A stretch of DNA of 62,507 bases, filler included. It is 10 parts of 10 records of this genome, joined end to end, with 100 filler letters (N's around TTAATTAATTAA, not from the genome) between each part and the next. Parts side by side here need not be neighbours in the genome. Positions count along the whole stretch, not along the records: positions 1 to 7,668 come from SRR31147125_149905; positions 7,769 to 13,913 come from SRR31147125_150824; 8 more parts are not named here. One strand, 5' to 3'. The notes beneath the pieces are model-generated. The model was not told the origin of the DNA, did not search any database, and worked only from the letters and a program-made list of their open reading frames with translations. Both the position numbers and the translations under genes were made by a program. This document shows positions 1-11,314 of the stretch, in pieces. Every line of letters starts with the position of its first letter. Within the stretch, counting starts at the first letter, position 1.

Positions 1-1
1 C

Positions 2-178
2 CCCCCATGATCTTATTGTTTTAACAATCGAAAGCGCATAATCCATGTCAGAGGCAGCCAGGCCGATACCCAGAATGTCTATTAGATGAAGTTTGGCCCG
101 TTCAATAACTGTTGTGGGAATATCTTCAAAGCATATGTGTTCTGCAAAATCTGCTATGACCTGTGTTTGAGTTTTCAC
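2..178 (-). CDS. MmgE/PrpD family protein, N-terminal fragment (runs off window start)
   Basis: Manual translation from GTG at 178 (AAGG RBS upstream): MKTQTQVIADFAEHICFEDIPTTVIERAKLHLIDILGIGLAA, the typical MmgE/PrpD N-terminus. Not in the ORF track. Confidence 0.8.
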   Translation of the reverse strand, partial: MKTQTQVIADFAEHICFEDIPTTVIERAKLHLIDILGIGLAASDMDYALSIVKTIRSWG

Positions 179-359
179 ATCGTACCTTTCTTGTTTGTTT
201 TAATAATGTCATGGCTATTCTATTAAGACAGCACCATTTTGATAGGCGGAGAGGTCTATTTTAAAACATTACGAAAGTGCAGTTGCCTGCTCAGCGCTTT
301 GCAAGCGACTTCAAGTTGCATGTTTTTATAGATATAGATAGACAACAATAACGTGACGA

Positions 360-1733
360 TTACGTCTGCAAACACTCTATCAGAGCCTCAATACTATCCA
401 TCTGCTCGATACGACCAATTTCTTGAGCAATTCGATTTGCCCGTTTCTTCCCGATAATCGGATTAACCAGGGAATAGAATTTTTCTTCCACCTCAGCCAC
501 TGAAATGGGATTCTCTGGGGATCCTTTGGGACCTGCTACTTGATGGGTTAAAATACGTCCATCACAAAGACGGATAGCAACTTTACCTGGAAAAGCCCGA
601 GGGTAAATTTTTTCGATTTCCGGATCTATTTCAAAATGAACTTTATGCGCGAGTTCCACTATCCTTTCATCAGATATTTTTTCATCTGTGAATTTATCAG
701 GTCCGACGCTACCCTCAACCAATCCGACAGCCACACAATATTCCATGTTCATTTGGGACTGCATTGGGCTCACCGGCTCGTAGCGCCAGCTGGTTTGCAA
801 CTTCACCACGCTGTGATTGTAGACCGTGACCTCTTCGACATCATCTGGATTGATCTCGTATTCTCGTGCAAGCCACCGCGCCGCATCAATTGAAGAATGG
901 GTACTGGCGCAACACGCATATGGTTTAATAGATATACTATTCGACACATACGTGCTCCCCAGACCTTCCGTGAGCTTTTGTAAATTCGGCTCGTCGGAAA
1001 CCGTTTGGCAAAAACCACCATCCTGATACTCGTATATTTCAGTGGGGCCGGTCAATCCTCTGGCAGCCAGTTCGGCAGCCATAATACCGCTTTGGGCAGA
1101 TCGGCCTGGATGAAATCGCTTGCTATCCGAGCCGTTGCAGTTAAAGGCAAAAAGTCCGGCAGATTGTGTACCTGCAAGACCGAGGGCATTTGCCATCTCA
1201 TCTTCATCCAGTCCCAATAGATATCCTGCGGAGGCAGCAGCTCCGAAGGTCCCGCAAACACCAGTCAAGTGCCACCCTCTTTTCCGGGCGGATAGGGTCC
1301 CCGCTGCCAAAGAGGATCGGATCATGACCTCATAGCCTGCTAGAACGGCGCATATAAGATCCCGACCGCTTGATTTTTGGCGCTCGGCAACTGGTATAGC
1401 AGTTGCGACGACCACAGCTCCAGGGTGCAATTTAGCACCACTGTGATAATCGTCCAGTTCGAAGCTGTGCGTCATCACACCTAAGGCCATTGAAACGGTA
1501 TTCACGGGTCCGGAAAAGTCTTGAAACCAGAGTGACGCTTCAGGTTGACCTTTTTGTTCGCGAATATAGCTAGTTATTATCTTAGACCAAGGAGCACCGG
1601 TGCCGTGTATGCAACAGCCGATGGAATCAAGCATATTTTTTTTAATTGTTGCTACCGTCTGTTGAGGAACAGTATCAAAATCAAGTGCTGCTATAAATGA
1701 CGCAATAGCATGTGTGGGTGACTGCATTTGCAT
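360..1733 (-). CDS. MmgE/PrpD family protein (2-methylcitrate dehydratase / iminodisuccinate epimerase / cis-aconitate decarboxylase superfamily)
   Basis: 457 aa; motifs HSFELDDYH..HPG, RGWH, KRFHPG, IKPYACC, PKGSPENP. Confidence 0.92.
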   Translation of the reverse strand: MQMQSPTHAIASFIAALDFDTVPQQTVATIKKNMLDSIGCCIHGTGAPWSKIITSYIREQKGQPEASLWFQDFSGPVNTVSMALGVMTHSFELDDYHSGAKLHPGAVVVATAIPVAERQKSSGRDLICAVLAGYEVMIRSSLAAGTLSARKRGWHLTGVCGTFGAAASAGYLLGLDEDEMANALGLAGTQSAGLFAFNCNGSDSKRFHPGRSAQSGIMAAELAARGLTGPTEIYEYQDGGFCQTVSDEPNLQKLTEGLGSTYVSNSISIKPYACCASTHSSIDAARWLAREYEINPDDVEEVTVYNHSVVKLQTSWRYEPVSPMQSQMNMEYCVAVGLVEGSVGPDKFTDEKISDERIVELAHKVHFEIDPEIEKIYPRAFPGKVAIRLCDGRILTHQVAGPKGSPENPISVAEVEEKFYSLVNPIIGKKRANRIAQEIGRIEQMDSIEALIECLQT

Positions 1734-1762
1734 ACTCTTTATTCCATGTCGTTTTTTTGATT

Positions 1763-2272
1763 CTATAGCCCCTCGAGAGCACCTTCTGTTTCGATGAAAT
1801 TCAACAGGCCGTCTGCTTCCAGAATTCTTTTTTCAACCTCACCCAATTGAAAATCCACGACAAAATCGGGATCAGAGTTGACAACTATCTGCCTCTTCTC
1901 GGTATCGATAGCCAGAGAATCACCATCATTGATTTTGTCAGTATCACACTGAATCAGTAACATCCCGTTATTTATAGCGTTTCGATAAAAAATCCTGCCA
2001 AAACTTTTTGCCAGAACAGCACCAACTCCTGAAATCTTAATTAAAAGTGGGGCAATTTCGCGGCTTGAACCACATCCAAAGTTACTTCCGGCAACTACGA
2101 AATCATCCGCCTGGACGTTGTTGGCAAATTCTGGGTTAGCCGTTTCGAATATGTATTTTGCATACTCTTTGGGATTTGAACGTAAATGGAATAGGCGCCC
2201 GGGAGCAATCGTATCCGTGCTCACATTATTTCCAAATTTCCAGACCTTCCCTTCATAACTATTTTTTATCAT
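1763..2272 (-). CDS. 3-isopropylmalate dehydratase/homoaconitase-family small subunit (LeuD-like)
   Basis: VSTDTIAPG, AGSNFGCGSSRE, AKSFGRIFYRNAINNG motifs. Confidence 0.92.
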   Translation of the reverse strand: MIKNSYEGKVWKFGNNVSTDTIAPGRLFHLRSNPKEYAKYIFETANPEFANNVQADDFVVAGSNFGCGSSREIAPLLIKISGVGAVLAKSFGRIFYRNAINNGMLLIQCDTDKINDGDSLAIDTEKRQIVVNSDPDFVVDFQLGEVEKRILEADGLLNFIETEGALEGL

Positions 2273-3522
2273 TTAAAATACCTCCCTGGGATCTGTCAGG
2301 TAACCCGTAAGCGCAGAAGCCGCTGCAGTTGCAGGGTTAGCCAAATAAACAAACGATTTGGGGTTTCCCATTCGACCTTTAAAGTTTCTATTCTGAGTGG
2401 ATACCACTATTTCGTTGTCGGCTGGTATTCCTTGGTGAACTCCCATGCAAGGCCCGCAATTGGGTGCCTGTATCATGGCTCCAGCCGAATTCAAAATTTC
2501 AAAAGTACCATCTTCTAGACAATCTTGAAAAACGCGGGTTGAGTTGGGGATTACCAACAACCTGACCCATTTCTGGATTTTTTCCCTTTCAAAATTTTGG
2601 CAGCTATGTGCATGTCTTCCAACCGACCATTGGTGCAACTTCCCAGAAAAACCTCGTTGACTTTAAGCTGTTTTATATTTCTCACCTTCTCGATATTGTC
2701 CGGGGAATGTGGCTTAGCAACTAAAGGCTCGAGTACCGAAGCATCGATGGTAATAGTGGTCTCATAGTCTGCATCAGCATCCGCCTTCAGCTCTTGATAC
2801 GCATCTTCTCTTCCCATTGCCGACAAGAAAGCTCTGGTGTTTTCATCCGCTTCCATAATAGCTGCTTTAGCACCAGCTTCGACCCCCATGTTGCAAATAG
2901 TAAATCGAGCGTCCATCGAAAGGCCTTTGATAGTTTCCCCGCGGAACTCAAGTGCTTTATATAATGCGCCCTCCGTGCTTATCTGACCAAGCAAATGAAG
3001 AAATATATCCTTTGAATGAACCCCTGGGCCAAGGCTACCATTAACAAGGACAAGAATACTCGATGGCACCTTCATCCATGTTTTGCCTAACCGGAGAATG
3101 CTCAACATGTCAGTAGATCCCATCCCTGCAGAAAATACTCCTAAAGCACCGTGAGTCGTTGTGTGAGAGTCACCAGCGACAATAACGTCTCCACATTTAA
3201 CATAATTTTCGAGCAGATGTGTGTGGATGTTTCCAGTTCCACCTTCATGCCAGTAGCACCCGTGCTTATTTGAAAAATCACGAGTTAGGGTGTGTTCATT
3301 TGCCAATTCTTTCGTGGGAATCGGTCCGAACTCACAACAAAACATGACCTTCTTCGGATCGAATACACCGTCCCATCCTTTATCTTTCATCAATCTAAGT
3401 GCTAACGGACCCGACCCATCATGAAGAGCTACAAAATCAAGATCGGTAACGATTGTTTCACCGGGAGTTACATTCCGTCCCATTTTTTTGCTAAATATTT
3501 TCTCAACAAGTGTCTTTCCCAT
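2273..3522 (-). CDS. 3-isopropylmalate dehydratase/homoaconitase-family large subunit (LeuC-like); apparent frameshift at ~2580
   Basis: GDSHT, GSCTNGR and NCGPCMG [4Fe-4S] ligand motifs are spread over two ORFs; adding one base to the homopolymer at 2578-2583 gives ...KGKKIQKWVRLLVIP. Confidence 0.9.
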
Positions 3523-4118
3523 ATTTTTCCTCCATATTTAATTGATTGCAGGTTTGCATCATTTCCTTTACATCAATTTTTGTGCCAAATAGACGAAAAC
3601 CAATAATTGTCTGTACGATACTGTTATCATGGGGAAATACACGCGATTGCATAAATTGTGATATGACCAGCACGACAAAAATTATCGCAAACTTTGAAAC
3701 AATACGTTGCAAATAGCGATTTTGAGAGTGGACAAATATCCATAATTCTTTTTATTATCGATGAGTAACCAATAAATTTTATTATTGTTTCAAGAATAAT
3801 TAGTAGTTCAATATAACCTTACGAAAAGTATACAAACATACCGAATAGCCCCCAATATCGGGCTTCTTAAGCATTCTTACATTCACCATTTCCCAGCGAT
3901 ATTCACGTTTCATTATGTTCCATATTTGGAACATAAAGTCAGACGTACAACTGTTTTTCTGACAATTGGCCTTAGGTACAATTATTAACCCAACCTCCTT
4001 CTGATTTAAAATTAGTAGGTTACAGCCCCCCCCCACGACTCCATCCCTAATATGGCATATTTTTTGCTGACGAATCGATGGTAGTACCAAATGTTAAAAC
4101 TTAAACACGGAGGAAAAG

Positions 4119-5126
4119 ATGGGAGCGTTAAAAAGAATTGTATCTGTTTCTATGGTTGTCTCTGTTGCTTTAACCAGTATGCTTTTTTCATTGGGGAGTT
4201 CTGCATTAGCAGAAAAATTATCCATTAACCGTATGACGGTAAGCGGAGGGTCTATTGGTGGAACTAGTAGCTTATCGGCAAACAGCTTGTCAGCTGTTGC
4301 TTATAAATATGCCAAGATTCAGGCCACCATTACCTCGAATTCCACTTTTACGCAGGTCAATGTCCTTCAGAATAAGGAAGCCGATATTGCAACGGTTGTG
4401 GGATATCAAGCTTACGACGCATATCAAGGCAATTGGCAAGGAGATGCCTTTGATAATTTGCGTGTTTTGTTCCAGTGTAATGGTCAGACATACCACTTCG
4501 TTGTGATGGAAAAATCACCGATTCACAGTTTTATGGACCTTAAAGGTAAAAGGGTCGTCGTGGGCAAACGCGGATTCTTTGCCGAAGATATGTCCAAAAA
4601 AATTCATGAAGCGCTGGGACTTGAGTATGGAAAATTTTTCACACCTGTTCACCTTGGCCATGCAGAGGCAATTGCTGCATTAGTCAACGGGCGGGTCGAC
4701 GCATACGCAGTAATGAGTAAAGCCCCTCAGTCCAAAGTGGTTCAATTGACAGAAAGTCAACCGAGTCGTGTTCTTGGGCTGGAAGATAGTGTTCTCGAGA
4801 AATTATTGGCTAAATTCCCTTATCTTCTTGAGACCACCATACCGGCCAATATATACAAAGGCCAAACAAAACCGATCAAGACAGCTGTAGGATGGATGAT
4901 GTTTGGTACTACATCGGAGTTTCCTGAGGATGCAGCCTATGCCATTACCAAGTCTTTTTGGGAACACCAGGATTTTGCCGAAATTCACTATGCAGCTATG
5001 GGGGAATATAAGATTCAAGAAGTCGAAAAATATCTGACTGCACCTTATCACAAGGGTGCATTAAAATATTTTGAGGAAAAGGGACTTAAAGTTCGCAACG
5101 ACATGATCCCTCCAGAAGCAAAATGA
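4119..5126 (+). CDS. TAXI family TRAP transporter solute-binding subunit
   Basis: Signal peptide; DLKGKRVVVG, AYAITKSFWE, PYHKGALKYFEE motifs. Confidence 0.9.
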   Translation: MGALKRIVSVSMVVSVALTSMLFSLGSSALAEKLSINRMTVSGGSIGGTSSLSANSLSAVAYKYAKIQATITSNSTFTQVNVLQNKEADIATVVGYQAYDAYQGNWQGDAFDNLRVLFQCNGQTYHFVVMEKSPIHSFMDLKGKRVVVGKRGFFAEDMSKKIHEALGLEYGKFFTPVHLGHAEAIAALVNGRVDAYAVMSKAPQSKVVQLTESQPSRVLGLEDSVLEKLLAKFPYLLETTIPANIYKGQTKPIKTAVGWMMFGTTSEFPEDAAYAITKSFWEHQDFAEIHYAAMGEYKIQEVEKYLTAPYHKGALKYFEEKGLKVRNDMIPPEAK

Positions 5127-5301
5127 CAGAACAGTTAATGTAAGCCATTTATGTCAAAACCGACGGCACTTTAGCAGGAAACTTATAATTTCATTTGTTT
5201 ACTGCGAACAATTAAATGGCTTCGATTCATTTCCAGCCAACGTTGTGGAACAGGTTCATATGATGTTGTCCTTATCCGTTAATTAAATAAAGGAGCCAGA
5301 G

Positions 5302-7191
5302 TTGATGAATCCGCTATGGGACAAAGTTCGAATCTTTTGCATTTATTGTTTTTCGGCTCTGTGTGTTATATATTGTCTTTTTACACATGCGATATATCCT
5401 CCCAGTGCTTTTGCCGATAGGGGATTTTACCTAGCTACCGCTTTTATACTCTTTTACCTGATAAAATTGCCCAAAGAGAAAACCCGACTAAATCAAGCGG
5501 TTTTTTCACTTGCAACGTTGGCTGGCGTTTTCGTAAGTATTTACATGATGATTGAAGAGACAAGAATTTGTGAAAATTATTATCGTGCAAATACGACTGA
5601 CTTTTACATCTTTATTTTGTACATCGTTGCTGCGCTAATCGTAATCACACGCTTATCTGGTGGTAAAATTGTCGCGGGATTAGCCACTCTCGGTGTTTTG
5701 TATATCTTTTTCGGCAACTACATACCGGGACTATTCGGACATCCACCATTTTCACATACCCAATCAACCATCATGTTGCTGACGGATGTTGACAAAGGCG
5801 CTTTAGGTAACCTGATGGGCCTAATGGCACGCTTATTATCCATATTCCTTATTTTTGCTGCACTGCTTCTTGCTACAGGGTTAGGCGATTTGATCAACTC
5901 TGTGGCTGCAGGGTTTCTAGGCAAACTGAAAGGCGGACCGGCAAAGGTAGCCGTAATGTCCAGCATGTTTTTTGGGATGTTAAGCGGTAGCCCAGTTGCC
6001 AACGTCGCGGCAACCGGTTCCATTACCATCCCACTCATGAAAAGAATAGGATATCACCCCCGTACGGCTGGTGCCATTGAAACACTTGCCTCAACCGGGG
6101 GAGAGCTGGTCCCTCCAGTGATGGGACTAGGTGCTTTTGTTATGTCAGAAATTCTCGGAATTTCATATACGACGATATGCCTATGGGGGATTATACCAGC
6201 AATATTGTGGTATTGGACAGTGTACTGGATGGTGCACTACAGTGCCTGGAAACAGAGTATTAAGACTTGGTCGCCACCCAGAGAAGAAACAATTCGTGAA
6301 TTGAAAGATAAGATACATTTGTCCCTAGCTCTTGTCGCTTTTGTTGTGTTTTTGATAAAAACCAAAATACCGGAAACCGCAGTATTCTGGTCTATCGTAT
6401 TCTTATTCATTGTCTCAATGGCCCGAAAAGGAACGCGACTTAATCGTAAGCGGATGGGTATGTTTCTTGAACAATTTGCTGAAAGTTACGCTGGCATAGC
6501 TCTACTGTTGTCCCTGCTCGGGGTTTTTATCTCTTCACTGACATCAACAGGATTTCACGTAAAATTAGGAATGGTGATTTTTGGGGGCATGCACCATTGG
6601 TTTATAGTTGCGATACTTGTTTTTATTCTATGTATCGTCTTCGGAATGGCGGTACCCGTCATTGCGGCCTATCTATCAGTTGTACTTATTGCCGCTCCGG
6701 TTCTAATCGAATTGGGTTTCCCCATTACATTAATACATATGTTCGTATTTTACGCCTGTTGTCTTGCGCCGATAACTCCTCCTGTGGCAATGGCTGCTTA
6801 TACAGCAAGCTCAATTTCAGGTGCAGACCCTATGAAAACAGCAATGAGTGCAACGATGATGGCCTTTCCATTATGGATTATACCGTTTCTTTTGCTTAAA
6901 TATGGTTTCTATATTGGCATGGACACGTCTCTTTCTATAGTATTTTACTGGACCGTGTTGTCTTTAATTAATTGCTATATTTTTGTTGTCGGATCGGTTG
7001 GATACTTCAAAGGAATACTCAACAAAACGGCTCGATCTATTGCTATAATTTTAGCGCTGTTAGGTATGCAACCATTTAATCATACTTGTACAATACTAGC
7101 AACTTTAGCAGGCATTGTTTTTCTGTTGGTTTTATCCGTGCAAAAGAACAGTTTTAGAATCGATGAACCTAGCGTAGTAGAGGTTGTTTGA
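5302..7191 (+). CDS. TRAP transporter fused permease (4TM/12TM, DctQM-like)
   Basis: GGPAKVAV, SGSPVANV, STGG..PPVMG, ITPPVA motifs; highly hydrophobic. Confidence 0.92.
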   Translation: MMNPLWDKVRIFCIYCFSALCVIYCLFTHAIYPPSAFADRGFYLATAFILFYLIKLPKEKTRLNQAVFSLATLAGVFVSIYMMIEETRICENYYRANTTDFYIFILYIVAALIVITRLSGGKIVAGLATLGVLYIFFGNYIPGLFGHPPFSHTQSTIMLLTDVDKGALGNLMGLMARLLSIFLIFAALLLATGLGDLINSVAAGFLGKLKGGPAKVAVMSSMFFGMLSGSPVANVAATGSITIPLMKRIGYHPRTAGAIETLASTGGELVPPVMGLGAFVMSEILGISYTTICLWGIIPAILWYWTVYWMVHYSAWKQSIKTWSPPREETIRELKDKIHLSLALVAFVVFLIKTKIPETAVFWSIVFLFIVSMARKGTRLNRKRMGMFLEQFAESYAGIALLLSLLGVFISSLTSTGFHVKLGMVIFGGMHHWFIVAILVFILCIVFGMAVPVIAAYLSVVLIAAPVLIELGFPITLIHMFVFYACCLAPITPPVAMAAYTASSISGADPMKTAMSATMMAFPLWIIPFLLLKYGFYIGMDTSLSIVFYWTVLSLINCYIFVVGSVGYFKGILNKTARSIAIILALLGMQPFNHTCTILATLAGIVFLLVLSVQKNSFRIDEPSVVEVV

Positions 7192-7243
7192 AGTCTTTTT
7201 TGGGGATTCGACAAACAATTCAAAATGAATGTAGCAATAAAAA

Positions 7244-7668
7244 ATGAGAGATTCCATGAGTTACACAAAGCAGCTCGCAGAATACGTACTTGATACCCAG
7301 TATGAAGATATCCCCGAAGAGGCTTTCAAGCGCTCTAAAAGACTCTTCTTAGATTGCACGGGATCAGCCCTTGCCGAAGTAAATGAACCTGCGGGGAATA
7401 TTGCTTATCAGTATGTGCGTGGGTTAAAAACAGAAGGTGGTGCCAGATTAATTGGTTCCGGTTTTAGAACATCAATTGATAACGCTGCTTTCGCCAACGG
7501 AATTTTGGCACATGCGATCTGTTTTGATGATTCCGGCCCCTCTCATCCGTCTGTCACCATCGTCCCCCCTATATGCTCTGGGGAGACATTACACTTAAAT
7601 GGAAAAAGAATACTTACAGCACAGGTTTTGGCTTACGAAGTGTTTCAAAAGTTAAATCTGGTAACAAA
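7244..7668 (+). CDS. MmgE/PrpD family protein, N-terminal fragment (contig end)
   Basis: YTKQLAEYV...YEDIP, AAFANGILAHAICFDD..SHPS. Confidence 0.85.
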
Positions 7669-7768
7669 NNNNNNNNNNNNNNNNNNNNNNNNNNNNNNNN
7701 NNNNNNNNNNNNTTAATTAATTAANNNNNNNNNNNNNNNNNNNNNNNNNNNNNNNNNNNNNNNNNNNN
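7669..7768. other. Artificial contig spacer (N44-TTAATTAATTAA-N44)
   Basis: 100-nt N run with a six-frame stop cassette. Confidence 0.98.
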
Positions 7769-7896
7769 GACATGGCCGTTATACGGTTTTCAATGTCTTG
7801 ACGAGAAGAAGAATCCCATGCAACTTCGATTACATCGATACCGATGGATCAACGGATTATGCGGCAACGAATTTGAGATACCATCTTAAACAGTAA
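7769..7896 (+). CDS. C-terminal fragment of an unidentified protein
   Basis: Open frame HGRYTVFNVLTRRRIPCNFDYIDTDGSTDYAATNLRYHLKQ* whose stop overlaps the AAGGAG RBS of the next gene. Confidence 0.35.
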
Positions 7897-7909
7897 GGAG
7901 AAAAAGTAG

Positions 7910-9824
7910 ATGAAAACTACACCCATTGGCAAATATGAGTTTAATCGCGTCGTCGTCATATCCATTTTTCTTTTCGTCTTGATGACCGGAGGGGCGATAG
8001 GTGATTTTGTCAGGAACGGACATGCCGGGCATGGGGAAAGTACAAAACCAATGCCCCATGATCTTGGCGAGATCGTGGTGATCGGAGAAAAGATAGACGA
8101 ATTCATTGAAAAGAATTCGTCACAGGTGGTCAGCATCAATGCTCGTGAAATTGAAGAGAGAAATTTTCTCCAGGTCTATGAAGTCCTCGGCAGTATGTCG
8201 GGCGTGGATGTGAAGCAGGGAAGCAGCGGACTGGGTGCAAGGATCTCCATCCGGGGCGGAGGCGGCTCCGGAGCGGTATTGGTCCTGATCGACGGACGAC
8301 CTGCGGCAACCCTGCAGAACGGCGGCGTAGATTTGAGCAGTGTTCCCATCGACATCGTTGAGAAGATCACCATATTCAAACCACCCGTTCCGGTATGGCT
8401 TGGCCCCGGCAGCAGTGCGGGAGCTGTTTTCATAGAGACAAAACAAAAAAAAGCGCGAGTCAAATCAGAGAAAACAGGTAGAATAAGAGTCTCGGCAGGA
8501 TCATACGGGCTGGCAAAAGCCAGTGCAACCGCTAAACTGGATTCCCCAAAAAGCCAGGTGATGATATCCGGCGGCTTGTCTCACAAGGACGGAAAACGAG
8601 ATAACAGCCAGAGGGATCAGGGCCATTTCAGTCTGAATTACGATAAGAAAAATGGGGGTAATGCTCTTCAAATCAACGGAAAAACCTATGTGTCGGATCA
8701 TGGAGTGTCAGGCCCGGTATACAACCCGACCCCCAATGCCTGGCAGCGGTATGAAAAGGCAAGTGCGGACGTGAGAGTGAAAGGGATGGCCGATACGTTG
8801 GATTACACCTTCAAAAGCTGGGCAGATATCAAACAACTGGATGAAAGGGCGGAAAACGGAGATCGATCGACGCTGGATACCCTGACGGCCGGAATCGGAA
8901 CGGATTGTTCGTTGTGGGACCGTTCGGAAAAAAATGAATTTCGGTTCGGCGGACAGTTCGATCACAATCAGGTGGATCATACCTTGAGCGGAAAGCACCA
9001 TAGAAATCGGATCTCCGGTCATACGGAATACACGTTACGAACCGACCCCATGGCCTTCACCCTTGGCGCTCGGGGTGATTATTCCAACGATTTTCATTTT
9101 TCACCCGGCGGTCATGCCGGTATCAGCTACGGATTATCCGAGAACACGTTGCTGAAAACCAATGTCGGGTACTCGGAGAACATCCTCCTTTGGCCAGTTG
9201 TACCAACCGGTCCACGGTTCCATGGATCAGGTGAGAGGCAACCCAGATCTTGAAATGGAAGAAATCGTCTCCGTCACGCTGGGTGTAGAGCATCGTATCC
9301 GTGAAAAACATAAACTCGCATGTTCCCTGTTTAGAACCGAAACAAGGGATCTGATCGTATACCAGCGGGGAGAAGACAATATAAAAAGGCCGGAAAACAT
9401 TGACAAAGCATTCAAGCAAGGAATCGAAACAACAGCCAAGATCGTTGTGTCCGACAGGACAAGTGTCGATGTAACCCATATTTGGCAGAATACGGAAAAC
9501 AAAAGCAATGGCAGGGATCTCACCTATTCTCCGACCCACAGCATCAAACTAATTTTCAAAACAGCGTTAAAGACAGGAACAAAGCTGGAAGGGACCCTTC
9601 GAGGATATTCGGAACAGTATTCAGACACTCTCAATACGGAAGATGAAAAGATCGATGATTATGTTGCGATGGATGCAAAAGTAGTCCATCCGGTTGTTGC
9701 TTTCTCGAAAAAGGGATTGGTGTTTGCCCATTTTCATAACCTGTTTGACACGGACTATTCCTCCCACTACGGGTATCCTGATGATGGATTCAAGTTGGAG
9801 TGTGGGGTTAGTTTGAATTTCTGA
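7910..9824 (+). CDS. TonB-dependent receptor; apparent frameshift at ~9184
   Basis: TonB-box-like EIVVIG, plug motif ISIRG..VLVLIDGRP, GNPDL, C-terminal aromatic LNF; joining the two ORFs gives ENIPSFGQLY. Confidence 0.88.
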
Positions 9825-10135
9825 TGACGGTCTTCTTTTTTTTGTCTATCTTCTTCACCCTGACGGTCAGCCGGTCATTTTCAGTCAACAGACCACACCT
9901 GTTTTTACATAAGGTCTATTGACACACCCTTTCGAATATCAGAATTATATGATTGCAACCGCTTGATTCTCTCTCTGGTCGGTGGATGGGTTTTTTTAAC
10001 ACCGGCTATTGGTTTCTGTTGCCGTTACCAAATATATCATGGTATCTCAATTCCAAAACAAAATTGAGATCTTGATGTAGCCTTGTCGCCACCTTCGTTT
10101 GTCCGGACCTGCAATGTGCCGGATGTTGGTTCCGG

Positions 10136-11314
10136 TTAGATCAAAGGGTCTTTGATCCCCATGGCTCCGGCACGCTCGACCCATAGTTTTCTGGCCAGAA
10201 TACGCATATCTTCTACGTGGTCGGTCTCATCGACGATCTCCATGCCGATGATGGTTTCGATCAAATCTTCCAGCGTCAGCAGACCTTCGGTGCCGCCATG
10301 CTCGTTGACGACAACGGCAATGTGGTGGCGATCCTTCAGGCATTGCTCAAACAGGGAGGTCACGGGTATGGATTCCGGAATAACAAGAATCTTCCGTTTT
10401 AAGATGCGAAGAGTATCTTCTGTTGAAAACTTTGAGTTGTCATTCAAGGAGTGTTCTTCAGATACCGGTATCTTGATTTGGTCGGTCCCTATTGTGTCTT
10501 GGATTTGGGGGGCGATACACTCTTGAGTCGAGTGGATCAACACCTCATCCTTGAGGACAAATCCGGTGATGGTATCCACGTTACGGGTATAAACGGGAAT
10601 GCGTGAAAAGGGGGTTCGGCTGATGATCGGCAAGGCATCTCTGATTTTCATCTTTTCGGGCAAAGCTGAAATCACCGTTCTCGGGGTCATGATATCCGAT
10701 GGTTTCAATGACTCGAATCGAAGAAGGTTTCTGATGATTTTCGACTCTTTACGGCGAAGCTGTCCGGTTTTGGCCCCCAGGGAGGCCATGGCGATCAGCT
10801 CGTCTCTGCTGGAATCGTTGGCAACCTTCCCACGGGAGATAAAAGCCGTCAGTTTTTCGGAAATCCTGACCACGGGATAGAGGATCACAATCAGCGATTG
10901 AACGAACAGCGCGGTTGGAACCACAAGGGTGGACCAGTAAACCGCACCAATGGTTTTGGGAACGATTTCCGAAAGAAAGAGGATCATCAGTGTCATAACA
11001 GCGGAAAAGAGGCCGAACCAGGCGCTGCCGAACACCACGACGGCTTTGGCGCCTGCACCGATGGCGCCCACAGTATGGGCAATGGTATTCAAGGTCAAAA
11101 TGGCGGCAAGGGAGTGATCCACTTTGTCGTTTTTCAGTTTGTGCAAAATCGCCGCACGATTTGGGTTTCGTTCCCTCAATCCTTCGATGTAAGAGGGCGT
11201 GATGCTTAGCAGAACCGCCTCAGCAACGGAACAGAGAAATGAACAGACCAGTGCCAGTAAAACATATGCGGTCAGCATCATCACGTCTTCGGGGGTGTAG
11301 GCCATCTCACTCAT
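10136..11314 (-). CDS. CNNM/HlyC/CorC family protein (DUF21 + CBS pair)
   Basis: SFLCSVAEAVLLS, ILTLNTIAHTVGA, SEIVPKTIG, IMTPR, FSRIPVY, TLEDLIE; start position uncertain. Confidence 0.92.
   Translation of the reverse strand: MSEMAYTPEDVMMLTAYVLLALVCSFLCSVAEAVLLSITPSYIEGLRERNPNRAAILHKLKNDKVDHSLAAILTLNTIAHTVGAIGAGAKAVVVFGSAWFGLFSAVMTLMILFLSEIVPKTIGAVYWSTLVVPTALFVQSLIVILYPVVRISEKLTAFISRGKVANDSSRDELIAMASLGAKTGQLRRKESKIIRNLLRFESLKPSDIMTPRTVISALPEKMKIRDALPIISRTPFSRIPVYTRNVDTITGFVLKDEVLIHSTQECIAPQIQDTIGTDQIKIPVSEEHSLNDNSKFSTEDTLRILKRKILVIPESIPVTSLFEQCLKDRHHIAVVVNEHGGTEGLLTLEDLIETIIGMEIVDETDHVEDMRILARKLWVERAGAMGIKDPLI

Noticed and set aside
3523-4118. Small ORFs and possible GntR-like operator motifs in the AT-rich divergent spacer
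   Set aside because: The ORFs lack RBS or family features, and the motifs (GTCAGAC, GTAC cores) are too degenerate to call without a regulator or orthologs.
7713-7724. Recurrent TTAATTAATTAA palindrome as a biological repeat or CRISPR-like element
   Set aside because: It is always centred in N runs and provides stops in all six frames, so it is an assembly linker.
9915-10000. TTGACA plus downstream T run between convergent genes as a possible sRNA
   Set aside because: There is no convincing -10 at the right spacing and no strong terminator stem.
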